From an uncultured Candidatus Rokubacteria bacterium (GTDB taxonomy: Bacteria > Methylomirabilota > Methylomirabilia > Rokubacteriales > CSP1-6), in assembly GCA_963758635.1 (NCBI GenBank), contig CAVWWD010000005.1:416001-480000 (forward strand): 64,000 nucleotides of DNA, written 5' to 3'. Below, piece after piece: positions 60,496-64,000 of the stretch. Position 1 is the stretch's first letter. The number at the start of each line of letters is the position of its first letter. Below the pieces are notes generated by a model. That model was not told the DNA's origin. It ran no database searches and saw nothing but the letters and a program-made list of their open reading frames with translations. A program made the position numbers and the translations under genes.

Positions 60496-61600
60496 TCAAG
60501 GAACGCGGCGCTGGCCGGCCTGCTCCATGAGGGGCAGGACCTCGTCGATCCACTGCCGGCACTCCCCGAGGTAGTCCACCCAGGAGATGAGCAGGCCGTC
60601 GACGCCCATGCGCGACAGCCGCTCGATCTGCTCCACGATCTGCATCGGCGTGCCCACCAGCGGGTAGCCGCCGTGCCCGGCGATGAAGTGGAACTGGAAG
60701 GCCTCGAGCACCGCGGGCTCCAGAGTGGCCGACTCCTGCCCGAACACCGCGAGCATGTTCCGGGCCGTCTCCCAGTCGCCGTGCCGTCGCACGTAGCGGT
60801 CCAGGTAGTCCCGCGCTTCCCGCTCCGTGGGCCGACACACCACGTACACGTGGATCCAGCACTGCGAGCGCCGCCCGAGGTCCGCCGCCATCGTCTTGAG
60901 GCCCGCGATCTGGGCGCGGTCGCTCGCCTCGTCCTTCTGCCGCAGCATCACGAAGTTCATGTCGCAGTGCGCGGCCGAGAAGCGCTGTCCGACGGGCGAG
61001 GAGCCCGCGTTCATCACCGGCACGGGGTGCTGCACCGGCTTCGGCTGGCTCCACAGGCCACGGCCCTGGAAGAACTCTCCCTCGAAGTCGAAGGCGCGCT
61101 CCTCCGTCCAGAGCCGCCGCACCAGCCCGAGCCACTCGGCCCCGAACGCGTAGCGGCGATCGTGATCGCGCCATTCCGCGCCGAACATCTCGAACTCGTC
61201 CCGGTTCCAGCCCACCACCAGGTTCAGGACGAACCGCCCCCCGGAGATGTGATCGACCGTCGCCGCCTGCTTCGCCGCCGCGACGGGGTGCACCAGGGGC
61301 GCATGCACCGTGGCCAACACCGCGCAGCGCCGGGTGACCGCGGAGATCCCCGCCGCCCAGGTGAAGCTCTCGAACGTGCGGTTGTTGAAGTTGCTGGGGC
61401 CCGGATAGCCCTTCCAGCGCCCCACGGGGAGGAGAGCTTCGAAGCCCGCCGCGTCGGCCAGCTGAGCCAGCGCCACGTTGTCCGGCCAGGTCATGGGCCA
61501 GGCCTCGTCGACCATGGTCGGGGTCGATCCGAGGCTGCAGTTGAAGGCCATGATGCCGAGCTTGACGCGGTTGTCGCCGAACAGGGGATTGCGACGTCGC
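60496..61600 (-). CDS. LLM-class flavin-dependent oxidoreductase
   Basis: NPLFGDNRVKLGIMAFN, TVDHISGGRFVLN, NAGSS; start uncertain. Confidence 0.85.
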
Positions 61601-61629
61601 GCCGCGTCCTCGTGCGCCGCGCGAGCGCG

Positions 61630-62904
61630 TCAGGATGACTTCATCGCGTCGTAGACGCCGGCCTCCAGCTGGCCGTAGAGCTTCACCGCGCGCGTGTCGG
61701 CGAACGGGAGGATCTGCGTCATGATCAGCCCCGTCACGCGCCTGGCCGGGTCCAGCCAGTAGTAGGTGTTGAAGAGCCCGCCCCAGCTCACGGTGCCGGC
61801 GCTCCGGCCGTTCGGGCCGGGCTGGAGGTTCAGCATGTAGCCCAGCCCCCAGCGCAGGTCGGCGCCCGGGAAGAAGTCGACGTCGTTCGACAGGTTCTTC
61901 ATGTCGGCCTTGAGCACGCCGGTCGGGATGTTGCCCGTGTGGTTCTGGTTCATGAGAGCCACGGTCTCGGGCTTCAGGATGCGCACCCCGTTCAGGCTGC
62001 CGCCGTTCAGGAGCATCTGCAGGAACGTCATGTAGTCCCGCGCCGTCGAGTAGAGCGGGCCGCCCGCCGACCAGAACTCGGCCTTGACCGGCACCGGCTC
62101 GAGCGGCTGCAGGGAGAGGCCGCCGTCCGGCTGCCGCGTGTGCAGGCGCGCCTGGCGGGCCCGCTGCTCGGTGGTGGTCACGTAGCCGCTGTCCTTCATG
62201 CCCAGCGGCGCGAAGATCCGCTCGCGGAAGTAGTCTTCCAGCGCCTGCCCGCTGGTCGCCTCGATGATCCGCCCCACCCACTCGATGTTGATGCCGTAGA
62301 GCCATCGAGCGCCGGGATCGAAGACCAGCGGCTGGCGGAGCGCGGCCACCTTGCCCGTGGCGCGGCTGGGCATCCCGGTGACCTTGAAGTAGCGCCCGGT
62401 GTCCGGGTCCCAGATGTCGTAGCTGAACCCCGCGGTGTGCGTCAGCAGACGCTTGAGGGTGATCGCCCCCTTCGCCGGACGGAGCCGCGGCGCGCCGGCG
62501 GCGTCGAAGCCCTCGAGCACCTGGGGCGCGCTCAGCGTCGGGTCGATGCCGGGCACGGGCTCGTCGAGCTTGAGCTTGCCCTGCTCGACGAGCTGCATGG
62601 CCGCCACCGAGGCGATGGCCTTGGTCATCGACGCGATGCGGAACACGGTGTCGGGCGTCATCGCCGCGCTCTCCCCGAGCGCGCGCAGGCCGAACGCCCC
62701 TTCGTAGAGGAGGCCCTTGTCCGTCGCGGCCATGGCCACGACGCCGGGCACCTCCCGCGCGTCCACCGCCTGCTTCAGCACCCCATCGATGCGGGCGCCG
62801 CGGCCGGCCTGCGCTCGAGCCCGCCGGGGGCTCCCGGCAAGAGCGACGGCGGCGGTGGCGGCAACTCCCTTCAACACGTCGCGGCGGTTCGGCACTGGCG
62901 TCAT
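61630..62904 (-). CDS. Beta-lactamase-family serine hydrolase with Tat signal
   Basis: NRRDVLK Tat motif, IASMTK (SxxK), LLTHTAG, WGG. Confidence 0.9.
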   Translation of the reverse strand: MTPVPNRRDVLKGVAATAAVALAGSPRRARAQAGRGARIDGVLKQAVDAREVPGVVAMAATDKGLLYEGAFGLRALGESAAMTPDTVFRIASMTKAIASVAAMQLVEQGKLKLDEPVPGIDPTLSAPQVLEGFDAAGAPRLRPAKGAITLKRLLTHTAGFSYDIWDPDTGRYFKVTGMPSRATGKVAALRQPLVFDPGARWLYGINIEWVGRIIEATSGQALEDYFRERIFAPLGMKDSGYVTTTEQRARQARLHTRQPDGGLSLQPLEPVPVKAEFWSAGGPLYSTARDYMTFLQMLLNGGSLNGVRILKPETVALMNQNHTGNIPTGVLKADMKNLSNDVDFFPGADLRWGLGYMLNLQPGPNGRSAGTVSWGGLFNTYYWLDPARRVTGLIMTQILPFADTRAVKLYGQLEAGVYDAMKSS

Positions 62905-62985
62905 GGCATGGTCCTCCCGAACCGTTCATGCTCCCGACGGTCCTTGCTTGTCAAGCGGCGCCGGACGCGACCGCGCCTCCGGGGC

Positions 62986-63534
62986 CTATGCCCAGAGCGT
63001 CGGCGTGGGGATCTCGAGGTCGGAGAAAGGCTCGGCGCGGAGGGGGGCGTCCCCGGCGGCGTGTGCCTCCAGCGCATAGACGCCGGAGCGCAGCACGTAC
63101 GCGTCGATCGAGCGCGCCTCCGGGTCGACGATCCAGACGTGGGGCACCCCGTGGCGCGCGTAGAGGCCGAGTTTCGTGCTGCGGTCGTGCTGACGCGTGG
63201 ACGGCGAGGTGACCTCGACGGCGAGCGAGGGCGCCCCTTCCACCCCGCGCTCGGCGACGATGCCCAGGCGCGTCGCCGCGACGTATACGATGTCCGGCTG
63301 GACGATGCTCGTGTCATCGAGGATCACGTCGAACGGGCTCACGTACACCTCGCCGAGTCCGTGACGACGGACGTGGCCGTCGAGCACACGGAACAGCGCG
63401 CCCACGGCGCGCTGATGGCGTCGGCCCGGCGCCGGGGTCACCGCGAGCGCGCCGTCCAGGATCTCGTAGCGCCGCCCGTCATCGGGCAGCGCCACGTAGT
63501 CCGCGTACGTCAGCACGGCTCTCATCGCCGCCAT
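62986..63534 (-). CDS. Uma2-family endonuclease
   Basis: RYEILDG, VQPDI, AVEVTSPST, YARHGVPHVWIVDP. Confidence 0.9.
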   Translation of the reverse strand: MAAMRAVLTYADYVALPDDGRRYEILDGALAVTPAPGRRHQRAVGALFRVLDGHVRRHGLGEVYVSPFDVILDDTSIVQPDIVYVAATRLGIVAERGVEGAPSLAVEVTSPSTRQHDRSTKLGLYARHGVPHVWIVDPEARSIDAYVLRSGVYALEAHAAGDAPLRAEPFSDLEIPTPTLWA

Positions 63535-63626
63535 TGTAGCCTCCCCATGGCACGAGCCCATGGTCGCGTCACGCTTCGAGGCTGTCAGCGTCCAATCTTC
63601 GATACGGACGCGCTACACTCCCGGTC

Positions 63627-64000
63627 ATGTCCCCTCTCGGCGCCACGCTCTATCCCTTCGACCTCGACACCATGGCCCTCACCCGCCTCGGGCGTGAGGC
63701 GGAGGCGCGCGGCTTCGACTCCGTCTTCGTCGTGGAGCAGGGCGTGTCCAACGACGTCATGGTCGCCGTCCAGGCCATCGCGCTCGCCACCAGCCGCATC
63801 GCGATCGGCTCCGGCATCGCCAACGTGCACCTGCGGCACCCGGCGCTGCTCGGCGCCAGCGCGGTGGCGGTGGACGAGCTATCCGGCGGCCGGCTCATCC
63901 TCGGTCTCGGGACCAACAACGAGACCATGATCCGCGGCCTCGGACTGCCGTGGAGGGAGCCGCGGGTCGCGCTCCGCGAGACCACCGACTGGATCCGGCG
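63627..64000 (+). CDS. LLM-class oxidoreductase (partial, runs off window end)
   Basis: Manual translation: EAEARGFDSVFVVE...ATSRIAIGSGI...VDELSGGRLILGLG. Confidence 0.85.
   Translation, partial: MSPLGATLYPFDLDTMALTRLGREAEARGFDSVFVVEQGVSNDVMVAVQAIALATSRIAIGSGIANVHLRHPALLGASAVAVDELSGGRLILGLGTNNETMIRGLGLPWREPRVALRETTDWIR

Overview
High-GC (roughly 70% by eye) bacterial chromosomal window; the gene set and style suggest Ca. Rokubacteria/Methylomirabilota, which is inference only. Many conserved genes carry single-base frameshifts, most likely long-read consensus errors. Region 1-31.5 kb is one long minus-strand run: an oxalate-oxidoreductase-like 2-oxoacid:ferredoxin oxidoreductase (3 subunits), TctCBA, FadR, ppdK, a DapA-like aldolase, ilvB-ilvN-ilvC, psd-pssA, leuA-leuB, asd, truA, fdhD-fdhE, ccsA-hemA-hemC-hemD-hemB, a CymR-like/CysK/CysO/Mec cysteine cassette, and hemL. 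After ispG and a DUF2867-like gene comes a ~14 kb defence island (33.6-47.9 kb): IS3 remnant, DUF222-HNH nuclease, Type I R-M (hsdM/S/R) interrupted by two ORF6N genes and a GIY-YIG/DUF4357 nuclease, then an Hhe-type DUF4011 helicase-nuclease. The rest holds a MocR-lyase-GNAT-pdxS-pdxT operon and accessory genes (CHAT/caspase-like protein, internally deleted NRPS A-PCP, methyltransferase, deacetylase, ALDH, orphan antitoxin, MetE-like, LLM oxidoreductases, Tat serine hydrolase, Uma2). The most notable non-coding structure is two families of dispersed ~80-90 bp intergenic repeats, a 50-bp tandem triplication forming a mini-ORF relay upstream of hemA, gene-internal palindromes with extra copies beside the HNH and ORF6N genes, and an operator-like array upstream of hsdR.
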